A stretch of 64,000 bases of DNA from Nemertoderma westbladi (GCA_032718475.1 JAUCBJ010000147.1:3178-67177); one strand, 5' to 3'. Counted from the stretch's first letter, positions 35,554 through 48,988 are shown. Notes: generated from the sequence alone by a model not told the origin. Numbers and translations are program-made.

Positions 35554-36427
35554 TATATTTTACCCCAACCAAGAGGGGTTTCTCAAGAAGTTAAAACTAG
35601 ATGAGCGACAATAGTACGGAATTCCCAATTGAGGCATGTGTTGGGGGTCGGTGGGGGGAGGCATGGAATTCTATATAGAGATCTATATAGCATTCCATGG
35701 GGGGAGGCTTACTCTTCTTCACATCATTGGGAAGTACATGTAGCATCGCAAACTTGCGCAAATCACGTCCTGCTTCTTAATAATGTGGTCTGAATAACGC
35801 ATCAACCCATTATTAACAAACAGAAAGTGATAGATGCAAGTGTTAAAGCTTTTGCGGCAAAAATGTGTCGTTTTTGTGCAATGGGCGAACTACTCTAAAC
35901 TTGGCATTGTCTTGAGGGACTGGGGAATTTATAAATTTACGCCCTCTAGCGTTTATTTTGGTACAGAGCTCTGGTCAGCAACTCCAAGCAAAAAACAGCT
36001 GCTCTAGTGATGAGCTCGCCAGCTATTGGTCAGTAATTTATCTTTATCCCGTAAGCTCTGTGTTATTTTCCGGCCAATCAGCACAATCCACATCCTTAGA
36101 ACCCCTGGACCCTGGTTTTCCCTAGAAAAGATGTCGCAATCCAGCAAATTCTTCAGTTTCTGATACTCTGACATTCTGAATTTGCCCGAGACCATCTGTG
36201 GCCAGACTGCCAGAGTGTTATGAAATCGTTCATTGCTGATGTCAGTTTTCCATTTTTTGGAAAATCGAGTCTTCTAACTGACTATCTGATATCTGTCGAT
36301 GAGTCAATTTGTCTGTCGGTCTGTCTGTACGTCAAAATAAATATATTATTTCGCACAAAATAGCTAAATATTTCTCTATGGGAGTTTTCGTCGTCGGGAA
36401 TTTCATTTCCGATGTCGATTATTGCGG

Positions 36428-37356
36428 TGTAGGCTACTTTGTATTATTCGATTGATCGCTACTATATAATCTCTAACAACTATATTTACTTTCGGGGAAA
36501 TATTAACAGTTCCTTTGGGACGTGGCGCTTTAAGTATAAAACAGAGTTATGACTTACACTAATCACAACAAGATAGCTATGGAATCTCGTAAATAGCGCA
36601 TTCTTTAGGAGATGCTTTATTAACCTTCACACGACTTCACACTACTTCACACTAATTCACACTAATTTGCCGACCGTCACTGATTTTGATCATATATAAG
36701 GAGGATTGCAACTGACACACGTAGGGATTATGAAATAGCATTTAATTCACACAAAAACCACTATTTTTTGAGTCACAGTTGCTACCGGTAGACCCTTCCT
36801 CCGCTTACCTCAGTAATCAAGAAAGTCGAGGGGTTTACGGTTATTTATCAGTATTCTCCAAATATAACATCCATTAATATAAACAGCAATTAACACAATA
36901 TAAAACAGCATTAAAACAGTGCGGTGAACAGTCAGTATGTGTTCATGAAGTTTTAGTACAGATGACAAGTGTATGACCGTGATTATTGTGGTGTGTCCAG
37001 TTTGTTAATAGATTTACGTCCTCATAACTCCAGCCATCAGATTTCCTTGGGCTAAAGTCTGAAACGTCCGTACTTAGTACAGAATTCTGAGAGGAATCTA
37101 ATTCTCAGAAAAACGATAACTGCGTATGCGCTAGTTTCCTCAGGTAGGTCTCTACTGGCATAACTGGGAAGATTGCTCTGATTGGCTGAATAAGCTCAAA
37201 CAAAGAGATCTCCACGTACACAAAGAATCAGCTGACAGATTTCGTCATCTTGGTTCTAATTTCTGTCCGACGCGTAGTTGTACAATTTTAGGGCTATTTT
37301 AGAGTATTCTGCGCATTGCGTAAAAATGACTTGTTATGTCCGCAAAAGCTTTTACA
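36428..37356 (-). repeat. 3' LTR
   Basis: TGT...ACA ends; ~18 substitutions versus 50017-50945 by manual count (~2%). The left boundary is uncertain because no TSD was found. Confidence 0.9.
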
Positions 37357-37446
37357 CCGCTCCCAGAAAATGGGATTTAAGTCTATAAAATATAAAAAAT
37401 CACAGTTTCTAAAATACAAAAATACTCTAAACTATTAGTCCTTCTT

Positions 37447-39824
37447 TCATGAACGGCGTTTATGAAGTTTTTTGAGACTAGTAAGAGTCTTTTTCTCTTT
37501 GGGGCGAGCCACTTTACTAGGAGGGCTATAACTCCTGGGGGAAGGGTGCAATACGATTGCATCAGAAGGTTTTGGATTACGGTCGGTGTATCCGCCGGTC
37601 GAGGTACCCGGTTGATCGATATCAACATCGGTGGAACGAGGGCGAACAACCTTTAGAGCTCGTTTCAGGATGGCAGCTCTTACTGGTCCTTGATGGGTCG
37701 TTTGCACGACAGCGGTAGGTTGACCGTGTGTAGTGAGAAATTTCCTCGGTTTGATTGTTCTCTCTAATTCGCGTTCTCTGGCTTTATATTCATATGGTCG
37801 TCTATGAACTTCTTGTAACTCCTGATGTGAGTTTATGAACAAGTCACCGTATTCTTTCTTCCTCAAACAATACATATAAATTCCAATGGACTAATGGATT
37901 TATTAAATCCATCGAGATTATATGGAGGTATTACGTCCTTTTCTATTCTTGAAACATTATAAGGTTTTCTGAATGAGTTTACTTTAACCAATTGATCTAA
38001 ATGTTTCTGTAGTTGTTCTAGTTCAACAAGATCGAGGGGATTTATCAATGGTTGAAACTTTAAACTGTGTGTAGGATCTTCCGGTTTCACCATATAATAT
38101 TGAGTTAAATTGACATAATAGGGGTGATCTTTGATCCCGTAAAATGAGTTAGGTAAAGGTCTAGCGCGTAGGTTGACCTCGTGTACCATACGACGGACAA
38201 GATCCGCTCGATTGTCCGGAGGTTCAATGAGTATACCGTCGACACGAGCACCCTCGATTGGTGGACGTTGTAACATAGGAGCGTCAGCGATAAGATCTCT
38301 AGATCTTAAGTTGATATCAACTGGTTGGGGTTGTGCTGTGGCGAAGAGTTTATCTCCGAAATGGGGAACCATCGAAGGATGAATGATGGTTTTGGAATAG
38401 AGATCAGTCATAAGGATTTGAGCTTCCGTCTGGGCTAAAGCTGCTTCTTCTCTCTCATCCATTTCGATATGTTTCTCCTCGAGCTGATTCTCCTCCGCTT
38501 GTCGTTGAAAGCGTTCGTCTAAGAACTCTTGTAGAGAGTATGTTCGTCCAAGTTCGATATCTTCCTCAAGATTCTGGATTTCCTGATCGAACTGGGGTAA
38601 AGCCAATTCTTTTACAGCTTGGACTTGTTGTTGCAATTTACGTTTGTCTAAACAATAGTAGGTTCCTTTTCTGATCTTTTGCCGAATAGCGTCTAGCGCG
38701 TTTCGTACAACGCTTTCCTCCACCTTGGTGACAGGTTGTATCGGAGTTAAAACCAGGACGATTATACGGGTTGAACGGAGATATTAGATGTCCGCGTCCC
38801 AATCCGGCTAGGTAGGAGGGGCGAATATCTAGAGAGCCCACAACCGGAGTCCACTGACTAATTGTTCGGGTAACACTAGGTCTTTGAACAATGAGTACAA
38901 CTCAGGAGGATCCGTCATACTATTAGGATCAAGAGTCTGAGGTCGCACCAGGGAATGAGGAGGTCTGACCGAGTATTCTGGAACTCTGATCATAGGTTTA
39001 TTTAAGGATCGTTTGAGTCGAGTGAGCGTAGGTGATAGGTCGAACAAGTTACGCTCAAAACTCCCGTAAGTATGGTGAGTAAAACTGTGTTTAGCGCAAC
39101 GTCTCCGCGGATGTTTATGTCTTTCCATTTGTTGATTGGGTCTAGGGCATTCATCGCAGTAATACCAAAGACGCACATCTTGTAAGGGAAACGCTGGTGA
39201 TCTTTCTCCAGTTTTACAATATTCCTCCATCTGTTCATAGCTATCCGGTACAACAGGTAGCGGTTGATCGGCGGTAAGATACATCATAGTAAAATAGAGT
39301 CGTTTGAGTTCTACCATAGGGTTATGATGTATACCTTGAGGATATCGAGTTTCTAGATTTTGTTGACTAGCTACATTGAGATAAGTTTCTCTCAAGAATT
39401 CTAAATATTCGTTGAAGTCACTACGTTTATCCGGTTCTTCAACATCTTCTCTTTCGAGTCGGGTTCAAATAGAATTTTCATGTTCAATTCTCAGTTTATC
39501 ATTCCGACTCCGCTGGGCATGATATTTAAATAGAATCATTTCCCTTTCGGTGTCCACATCGTCTGTATCGTGTAAATTGATAGGATGACCAGTAGTTAAG
39601 AAGTCCATATACGTACCATTACGATGCGTATAGCGAGCGGTGAATTTTCTATAGTCCAATTTACGCTTGAGCTGTTTCTTTGACATTGGCGGTTCGATAT
39701 AACAGCCATCGTCTTCCGTCGTGTGTTGACTAGCGTCGCCACTTATCAAACTATCAACAAACACTTGCAGTGGTAGGGTATATCGCTCCCTGATACCAAG
39801 ATCATCTTCTATCAACTCAGTCAT
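37447..39824 (-). pseudogene. Accessory ORF of the BEL/Pao element (~790 codons, broken by 1 stop and 3 frameshifts), unknown function
   Basis: 39465..39824 and 38829..39395 are in frame and separated by one TGA. Overlapping ORFs 38638..38841, 37863..38723 and 37447..37875 tile on to ~90 bp before the LTR. Confidence 0.75.
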
Positions 39825-41533
39825 AGCTGCTATATGAGTTTATCGATATTATTGTTAATAATAATAAGGCTAGTGGGTGTCATTGCCTCCCCTCTATGCC
39901 CCCGGACAGCCCTGAGATCCTCAGCGCTGATGTACTGTAGTCGCTGTGCCTCTCGCCAACGTAGTAGCTACACAACGACAACAATAACCAGCGCGAGTCA
40001 CTACACTGTCCGTCCCAAGGGCTTGGATATACTGGAGGTACTTGCTACAGATGCAGGGTAACTTTCACAACTGTGACTCTCTACTGTAAACACACTTTAG
40101 TAGTAACATTCACTTATAAATACACAAATTCCACATTCCTGCCACAATTTGTACAAATTAGGGCCATTTGTCCTTTAGTCAAATGCCTTCCAGAATGCCA
40201 CGTTATTATTATGTATCCCTAGATACTAGCAAGGTGCTATTTATTCCGCATGCTATTCAATGGGGCAAGCTTTCTATTGTTCTTTTAACTCACTTCTAAT
40301 TCCAGCGTGGTTGTTACTATGGTGACATTATGCAAAGCTAGTGGTAGAATTAGGGTATTTCTCATGCATACAGATCTGGGATGCTATTTAATAGTGACTC
40401 TTTAATTGTCAATATTCCCCTTATACATGATTTTATGAATTTTATCGGCTATCGTCTGTACACTGGAGATTCTCTCACACTGATATACTTAATAGGGTGA
40501 ATCTCCGCTCCCATGATCTATTAATTAACGGAATTTTGGGAATGTTTATAAATTGTATAAAATGACAATTTGTTAAATTCATGAGAGGATATGAATTTAA
40601 AATTTTATTCCCGTGAATTTTATTATTTGATATTAAAATAGACACAATTTTATTCCAGAACATGTCTGGGAACTAGGATCCTTAATTCCAGAATTTTGTC
40701 TTTTAAGAGTATCGGTAAGTACTACGATATCTTAATCGACTAAAATTTTAGAGGATCTAAAGGTTTAACAGATTTGTTTATAATTTTTAGATTTAATTTG
40801 TTAGCATTTCCTCTATTTTAACATTTGTTATAACAAACGTTGTAAATATTTATCAAATATTTAATATTTAGGATGGGCACCGATTTATTCCAGAACATGT
40901 CTGGGGACGTTAACCACTGATTCTAGAACTTTGTCGTTCAAGTATATTGGTGGGTGCCACGATATCTTAATCGACTAGAATTTCTGATGGTCAAAGTGTT
41001 TAACAGATTTATTTTGTGTTTCAACGCTACTGTTAAATGGACATCTTTCTACTATATATATTATTTAAGATACGGTATGAGAGCAATATTGCAAGAAGCA
41101 ATGTCAGTGAGAAGAGGCAAGTCATTTCCAAGGTCTACCCAGAGCTTGGTTTAGCCGAGAAACGAGGATCTGAACTTTGCATTCCTAATACTCTACTTAC
41201 CAATAATACTTAAGTATAGTAGGGGCGGTATATTGTACTGTAATAAGTACTGACATTTCATCTTACTGTAGTCACGTATTTATAGTAGGATACGGACAGT
41301 AAGGAAAGAGAAAATGAAATTATTTCTCGAAGTTAAACAAAATATATTATACTAAGTAATTAAGTAATAAAACATGAATATATTGCACTAATCTACTGAA
41401 TAATCATTAAAATATTATTCTACTAAATAAAATTAAAGAAAACGATTATAATAATAGAAATTACATAGTAATACATACATAAATATAAAAATAAAAATAA
41501 AATAATGTAATCACACACCCACTCCGAACGTTA

Positions 41534-43930
41534 TTACATTGGGGAGTCCCTAGATGTTTGTTGGATTAGGGAGGTGGTCGTGGGAAGAGTCTCTTGCCTT
41601 CCATAGTTACCGGACAACTCTCGGTCTCTTTCCAGTAAACATAAACGACCAACCGGGCGATTAAGTTGTTGCGTTTCGAACACAATTCCAAGTTTCTTAA
41701 AGTTACGTCGCATGACGACGAGTTCTACCGATCGCACTAAACCATCATCGGATATATGAGTCTCGATGATACGACCTGTCTGCCACCTCTTATGTGGAAG
41801 ATCTGCGGGAGCATGGCTACAGGTTTCTTTTGTAGGAAATGTGCGGGTGTTAGCGCTTCTAGGGAGTCGGGACTAGATGAGACTGGCATAAGCGGTCTCT
41901 CGTTGAGATAGGCGGTGATTTCTTCCATTAACGTCCGCAAAGGTTCGTCGGTGAGATACGTGCGGCATGGCACTATAAAGTGAAATGCGGTCTTTACGCT
42001 ACGTATGAGTCTCTCCCAACTTCCTCCCCACCAAGGGGCGTCGGCGGCGTTGAAGGTCCAGCTAGATGCTGTTACTCTTAGCTGATCGTCCACCTGTCTT
42101 TGGTTCCAACCCCTTACGTAAGCTTATTAGTTCGTTATTGGCGCCAATGAAATTAGTTCCGTTGTCAGATCTCATAGTGTTGCTAGTCCCAAAACGAGCG
42201 ATTTGTCGGCGTAAACTCAGTATGAAGCTGTTGGTAGATAGATCGTTCACCATATCTAGATGGATTGCTCTACAAGTCATACAGACAAAGATGACGCACC
42301 ATCGCTTGACTATAGTCCTAGCACGATATACTTCAATAGGGCCAAATAAATCCACACCAGTATTAGTAAAGGGTGGTTCATAACAGCTTACTCTTTCCCT
42401 AGGTAATTCTGCCTCTCGCTGTGTTAAAGGCCTACTAAATGCTTTCCTACAGGGTATACAGTTCCTAAGAACTTGGTTTAGAGCTCTACGGGGCTTATGG
42501 AAATAATAGCGAGTTCGAATTTCGCTAAGAACTCGTTCTCTACCAGCGTGGTAAATTTTACTATGAACATCTACAATCATCTTGATTTGTATTTCAAGAT
42601 TTATAATGAGTATGGGAAACTTAGTGTCAAAGGATAATGGAGCATTGGTTAATCTCCCTCCGACACGTATTAACAAATCTATCATTGTGCTAGAGAAACG
42701 ATCCCTTAAGCGCATCTGTGGATTTCTTAACAACAGGAAATACTTATCGGAATCCTCGTAACATTGCAGGAGTCTCAGTATCTGCTTGTTGGTATCATCA
42801 TGTTCTTGGTAACTGATCTTCTCAGTCAGAAACCTATCAGGCACTCTATAAGTGGGAAGGTCTTTAGTAGCATGGACCTTTTCAGCTACTACTGGAGCGG
42901 TATCATTAGCGCTCTTCGTCCTGGAATAGTGATGATGGAAACATCTTTTCAGATACACAATGGCCTTGCAGAGCCGATTCGAGGAGCTATAATGATCTAT
43001 CGCTCTTTGTAGGAGAGGAGAGAGTCCTCGCGAGATGTCTGGTGTTCCAGATTTCCAGTCTCTTTCCCTGATTTCTATAACGGATTTATTTATAGTTCGG
43101 GTAACATCCATGGGTGAGTTTAGATCCACAGTGGCGTCACCGGCGGCGTGTAGTACAGACAGATCTATTGCTGGCTTAAACAGCTTTGATTTACTCGTCC
43201 TGGTTTTTGGTTTGACTTTCTCCGCTCCCTTAGCTTGTCTGATCTCCGCCATGGTGAGATGAGGGGGCCATTCCTCCTCTTCTTTACCCAGGAAGTCGGG
43301 TCCACCTAACCAGTCTGGAGTATCTATCAATTCTTGAGGAGTTGCTCCTCTGGAAGCGATGTCAGCTGGATTATTCGTCCTAGGGCAATGTCTTGATTGA
43401 TCTATATTAGAGCGACTGAGTATAATGGCTACTCTGTTGGTAACAAAGATGCTGAACTGACAGACTTCATTAGTTATATACTCCAGAACGAGTAAAGCAT
43501 CAGTCCAATAGACAGTTTTCTCTAGTGGATAGTCGATCTGTTCCGTTACATTCTGGCTGATGGGTGTAGCGTATAGAGCCGCCTTTAACTCCGCTCTGGG
43601 AACTCGTAGTTTGTTGTTTATTAGGGCCTTAGAGGCGACTAATGAAACCTTAATTCCATTGGGAGTTTCAACCCTCAGGTAGGCTACTATACCTATTCCA
43701 ATATCGCTGGCGTATCCAAAAACATGGAGTTGATAGGAATACGTGGGGAGAACGTGACCGAAATACGAGCGGGAAATCTTAAAGTTCTCGATAGATGGTA
43801 AAGAATTTTCCCATTTCATCCACTTCTTTAGCAGTTCTCCCTTGAGTGGATCATCCCACGAGTGGTTTTCAAGCCACATTTGTTGTACTAAGCTCCGAGC
43901 AACTAGTATGACTGGGCTAATGAATCCCAA
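41534..43930 (-). pseudogene. BEL/Pao pol: RNase H (Pao peptidase A17-type region), integrase and C-terminal tail
   Basis: SWDDPL, LHVFGYAS (canonical D replaced by Y), VPRAELKAA, NNPADIASRG, H...HAGRE..CIPC, TGVDLFGP, RSDNGTNF, APWWGGSWERLIRSVK, LTPAHFL; frameshifted. Confidence 0.95.
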
Positions 43931-43990
43931 CGGATCGAAATAAGTGCTCAGGATACTTAGACAAATCCGTTTAGTTCTAACTGGATTATC

Positions 43991-45762
43991 TCATTGCTTC
44001 AATTGAAAGAATAGAATATCTCTCTCCATGTCCCATTTTAATCCAAGAGTCTTGGTTTCTGGAAGATTGTCCTTAATGAGGTCAAGGTCTTTAACACCTC
44101 GGTCTTCTACTGGGATCGATTCCAGGAACTCACGGGAGTTACTAGTGAATTTGGTTAGGCGAAATCCACCTCGTTGTAAGCACTCTACCATTCCCTTGGC
44201 AACATCGATTGCTTCTTCCACCGATGGGAGAGACTTTAAATTGTCGTCCATGTAAATATCCCGTTTGATGTTGTCGATAACCGCTTTAGAGAAGGCGTCT
44301 CTATTGTCATCGGCAGTGGTACGCACTACCGAACAAGCGTTCGAGGGGCTCGAGATGATCCCGAAAGCCTGGATTGTCATCCAGTACTTTACCGGTTTTC
44401 AGTTGAGGTCTCTTTCAGACCACCACAGAAATCGTAGGCTGTCTCGATCCCTAGCTAACGCTTTAACTTGTAGAAACATGCCTTCAATGTCCAAAGCGAA
44501 GGCGATCGAATATTGCCGCAGTCGTAGTAATATTCCCAACAAAGATTGGAGTAAGTTGGGTCCCGGCAACAGTTCCGAATTTAGGGATTGTCCCATATAA
44601 AGGGCAGAGCCGTCAAACACTACCCGGACTTCGTTTGGTTTACCGGGCTTGGGAACGTAATGATGTGTCAAATAATACGTTCTCTCCGTTATGGATGTTT
44701 CTTCCGGAACTCGCTCCGCGTATCCCTTGTCTATAAACTTCTTTAATTGAGTTTTATACATTTCCTTGGCTCGATCGTTGGCCGTCAAACGCCGATGCAG
44801 TTGGGCGATTATTTTTTCCGCTAAAGGTCGGTTATTCACGAAACTGGGTTCTCTCTGTCTGAACGGCAGACCAATTCCATAACGACCTTCATCTTTCAGA
44901 TAACGGGTGGTCGTTTCCTGAATCTGCTTGGCTCTCTCTTCCTCGACGGATAACGCTTTGTCGTAGGAATTAGGCTCTACGGCTTCTTGAGTAAAGAATC
45001 GTACGGCGTATTCATCGCATACCTTACTATTGTACCGCTCTACCACTTCACTTAGTTCGTCGTCATAAGTCAATTGTTCGCTATTTTGACTGATAAAGTT
45101 ACACAAGTTAACTTGGTTTAACCAAGTTTGATTCTCAGTGAGGAGTTCAATGGTATTTTCCTCGTCATATAAATTATGTATATCATCGTTATCTGAGGAG
45201 TATAAGGGTTTCCTCAGCTGGGATTTCTTCTTCACTTATATCTTCCTCCCATTCATTTACCTGATGGACTTGCTCGCTCGGGAGTCTTTCTTGTAAAGTG
45301 CTGTGGGAAGGTCCAGTGAAGTACCAACCTACTCTTGTTCTTCCCGCGTAAGTCTGGCGTGGTCGCGGTCGAGCAGGCCATTTTTCTATTGTCTCAAGCG
45401 CCTTGTGCGCATTTTGGCCGAGTAATATCTGTACCCCTGGACAGTCGGTACTGAATCTAGGTATTTTGTATTGCTGGGTAAAATGATCTTCATCCCAGTT
45501 GTAAGGCTCCACTTGGCTCCACTTGGCCAAAGTTCTTTATCGCCACCATCTTAACTGACCTTACACTATTTTCACCTAGTTCATCCTGGGGAGTGGACAA
45601 CGAACCCACGTAGTAATCAGTTGCTACCGTGGATTTCCAAACTTGCATAATTCCGGAAAGGTTCAGTTTGGTTCGGAACTTTGGTTGACCAACAAAGATA
45701 TCTTCGGCTAGGTCTTTGTCTATAAAGGTGCCTGTACTGCCAGAGTCAAGGAGGGCATTCAT
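43991..45762 (-). pseudogene. BEL/Pao pol: aspartic protease and reverse transcriptase
   Basis: ALLDSGSTGTFI; YYLTHHYVPKPGKPNEVRVVFDGSA, LNSELLPGPNL, LDIEGMFLQV, LRFLW, YMDD, KTLGLKW; several frameshifts. Confidence 0.95.
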
Positions 45763-46042
45763 TATTAAGCTCTTCCCTCATTCCATGTACCCTCAGTTGC
45801 ACCACGGGAAACTCTCGGATACCGACAGATGATGTTGGCGATTTCCATGAGAGCTGTCAATCCGGAATAGACAGCCAGGGTTCTTCTCCCTCCGTTTCGG
45901 TCTCATATGTAAGTGCTCGATATACGGTTGTGTTGATCATATAACAGGATTCATTTTCGTCTGAAAATTCATCAGTGTAGAATCCTTCCATCTCCAAACT
46001 GTGGTCAGTATCGTATTGTTCAATCGTGTAGTTCGGGCTCAC

Positions 46043-47950
46043 TTACCTGACTCGTCCGGGTCTTATCAAATTCGGTGTGCAACAAAATATGATGTTTCGC
46101 GCCGCACTTAGCACACTTCGCGTCTGAGTAACAGGTTCTTCGTTGATGTGCTCGCCTGAGGCAGTTATAGAGCACAACCATTTATCCCACATGACATCAC
46201 GTCTATCCTTTAATGTTTTCTTTAAGAATTCTTCACACCCACTCAAGCGATGTTGCCCATCGCACAATACACACTTAGGTTTGATGTTACTTACCTTAAC
46301 CTGCGTCGTATTTTGTACGCTAGCTCTTTCTTCGGGCTTCCTTCCATGAATTCTCTTAGGAGACGTAGTGGGAGTTGTTACCTGTTCTCTCTTGCCACTG
46401 GTTCGAGACTTAGATTTACTTACATCTTTCCTGATTTTGTTTACGTAATAAGATCTCTCGGTGTCCTTGCCACTATTCTCGTCATAAGACGTTTGGCTTT
46501 CGTAATCATCTGTATAATACACTGGTGTTACCTTTCTCCTAGTAACGGGTTTTTCACTTACCTTACTTTCCGGTGTCTTCTCTCTAGACTGTTTTAGGAG
46601 CTGAAATCTTACCTCTCCGTTTAAGAACGACATGAGGTCAGCCATGGTGGGGTCTCTATGTTGTTGGTCCATCAGATAAAGAACCTTTTTGTCCCAGCGA
46701 GTACCTACTCCACCCTTTGGCAAAGTTGATGCTATGGCTCCTACAACCATAGAACTCTGGTATTCCTGAGACTTACCCAACCAGTCTAGATGTCTACAGA
46801 TCTCCTGAATCTCATCAGAAAACTCTATAATCCCGCTGCTAAGAAACTTTTGGGGCGCTACTAATTTCGCATACAGATATCTAGCTATGTTAGTCATATT
46901 ACCATACCTAATGTTTAGCGTATCCCAAACTTGTCTCAATCCGTCGGGATGTCCAATAAACTTTAACGCCATTAACTTGGGAAGTCCTTCCAAGCACTCG
47001 ATGAGGAATCGTAGTTTCTCTCCGCTGGATAGTACGGAGTTCTGTATGTTATCTTTGTAATATTCATTAAAAGGTAACCATTTCATCTCATCTCCATTAA
47101 ACTTGACGACCTCTCCCACCTTTACCGCTTGACGGGCTTCCATTCTAGCCATCTGACGTGTAAAGCTTTCTTGAGCCATCGTATTATATAATATCGAATT
47201 ATCGGTATATAAATTTCTCGGATTATTATCAGATCTGTATGGGATATCATTATCAACAGGCTTATTAATACCCTTAATAGGGTTTACTATCGGAGTTTCT
47301 ACTTCGCTAGCAGTATAGATGCGTGTAGGCTCCACACCTTGCGCATGAAATACTTCAGACCTAACGGGCTGACACATTGTTACAGAGGGTGGTGTTATAT
47401 CCATTTGTATATTCACTAATTTATCGCGCTCGAGAGCGATATTTTGCTGTACTTCTTGCAGCTCTAACCTACTCTCTCTCACTGTTCCCTTTAACAGCTG
47501 AACAGTCCCTTCCAATTCTCGGACTTGTTTGAAAGACCTGACCTTATTGTCTTCTAGTTGTCCGAGTAACTGCTCCATCCCCCGTCGTCCCTCGTCCATC
47601 CACTCAACCACGGAGGCGGGAGTCGCCAACGTCGTAGCTGGATAGCACATCGGGACGACGGGAGACAATCTATTTATTATTTCTTGCTCGGCATCCATGA
47701 CAGTCTGAGATTCTGGCAGTTGTCTACTGGGCACAGGTAGTTTGGTACTGTGTAAAGGGAATTTAGAGTTAGGTTCTTGGAGCAAAGGGATCTCTATCAA
47801 GGGAGTGGGTTCGCTAACAGGTCTAATTATTTCTGGCTCATCTACTATAGTAGGTAGTCTTTCTACTCTTATAATTTGGGCTGTTGGCTCTCGATTACTT
47901 AAGTCTACACTAGCTAGCTCCCTTCTCACCGCAGGGGGTAAGTTAGGCAA
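46043..47950 (-). pseudogene. BEL/Pao gag (DUF1759-type capsid region and zinc knuckle)
   Basis: KFNGDEMKWLPF..LSSGEKLRFLIECLEG..VWDTLNIRYG and CVLCDGQHRLSGC. Confidence 0.92.
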
Positions 47951-48988
47951 CTTATTTAGCTATGTTATCCTATTACCATACCTGATGTTTAGCGTATCCC
48001 AAACTTGTCTCAATCCGTCGGGATGTCCAATAAACTTTAACGCCATTAACTTGGGAGGTCCTTCCAAGCACTCGATGAGGAATCGTAGTTTCTCTCCGCT
48101 GGATAGTATGGAGTTCTGTATGTTATTTTTGTAATATTCATTAAAAGGTAACCATTTCATCTCATCTCCATTGAACTTGATGACCTCTCCCACCTTTAGC
48201 GCTTGATGGGCTTCCGTTCTAGCCATCTGATGTGTAAAACTTTCTTGAGCCATCGTATTATTTAATATCGAATTATCGGTATATAAATTTCTCGGATTAT
48301 TATCACATCTGTATGGGATATCATTATCAACAGGCTTATTAATACCCTTAATAGGGTTTACTATCGGAGTTTCTACTTTGCTAGCAGTATAGATGCGTGT
48401 AGGCTCCACACCTTGCGCATGAAATACTTTAGACCTAACGGGCTGACACATTGTTACAGAGGGTGGTGTTATACCCATTTGTATTCACTAATTTATCGCG
48501 CTCGAGAGCGATATTTTGCTGTACTTCTTGCAGCTCTAACCTACTCTCTCTCACTGTTCCCTTTAACAGCTGAACAGTCCCTTCCAATTCTCAGACTTGT
48601 TTGGAAGACCTGACCTTATTGTCTTCTAGTTGTCCGAGTAACTGCTCCATCCCCCGTCGTCCCTCGTCCATCCACTCAACCACGGAGGTGGGAGTCACCA
48701 ACGTCGTAGCTGGATAGCACATCGGGACGACGGGAGACAATCTATTTATTATTTCTTGCTCGGCAGTTGTCTACTGGGCACAGGTAGTTTGGTACTGTGT
48801 AAAGGGAATTTAGAGTTAGGTTCTTGGAGCAAAGGGATCTCTATCAAGGGAGTGGGTTCGCTAACAGGTCTAATTATTTCTGGCTCATCTACTATAGTAG
48901 GTAGTCTTTCTACTCTTATAATTTGGGCTGTTGGCTCTCGATTACTTAAGTCTACACTAGCTAGCTCCCTTCTCACTGCAGGGGGTAT
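46878..48988 (-). repeat. Internal tandem duplication (~1.05 kb) of the gag 5' half
   Basis: ~47953-48988 repeats ~46878-47940. ORFs 47960..48478 and 48749..48976 duplicate gag segments, and the upstream copy carries deletions. Confidence 0.92.

Larger units (their letters stand above)
21807..36594. repeat. Segmental tandem duplication, copy 2 (~14.79 kb including a 334-bp insertion)
   Basis: Near-identical to 7355-21809. Differences I found are the insert at 24773-25106, an A/T SNP downstream of PARP1 (14335 vs 29121), a 1-bp shorter poly-G and one satellite SNP. Confidence 0.97.
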
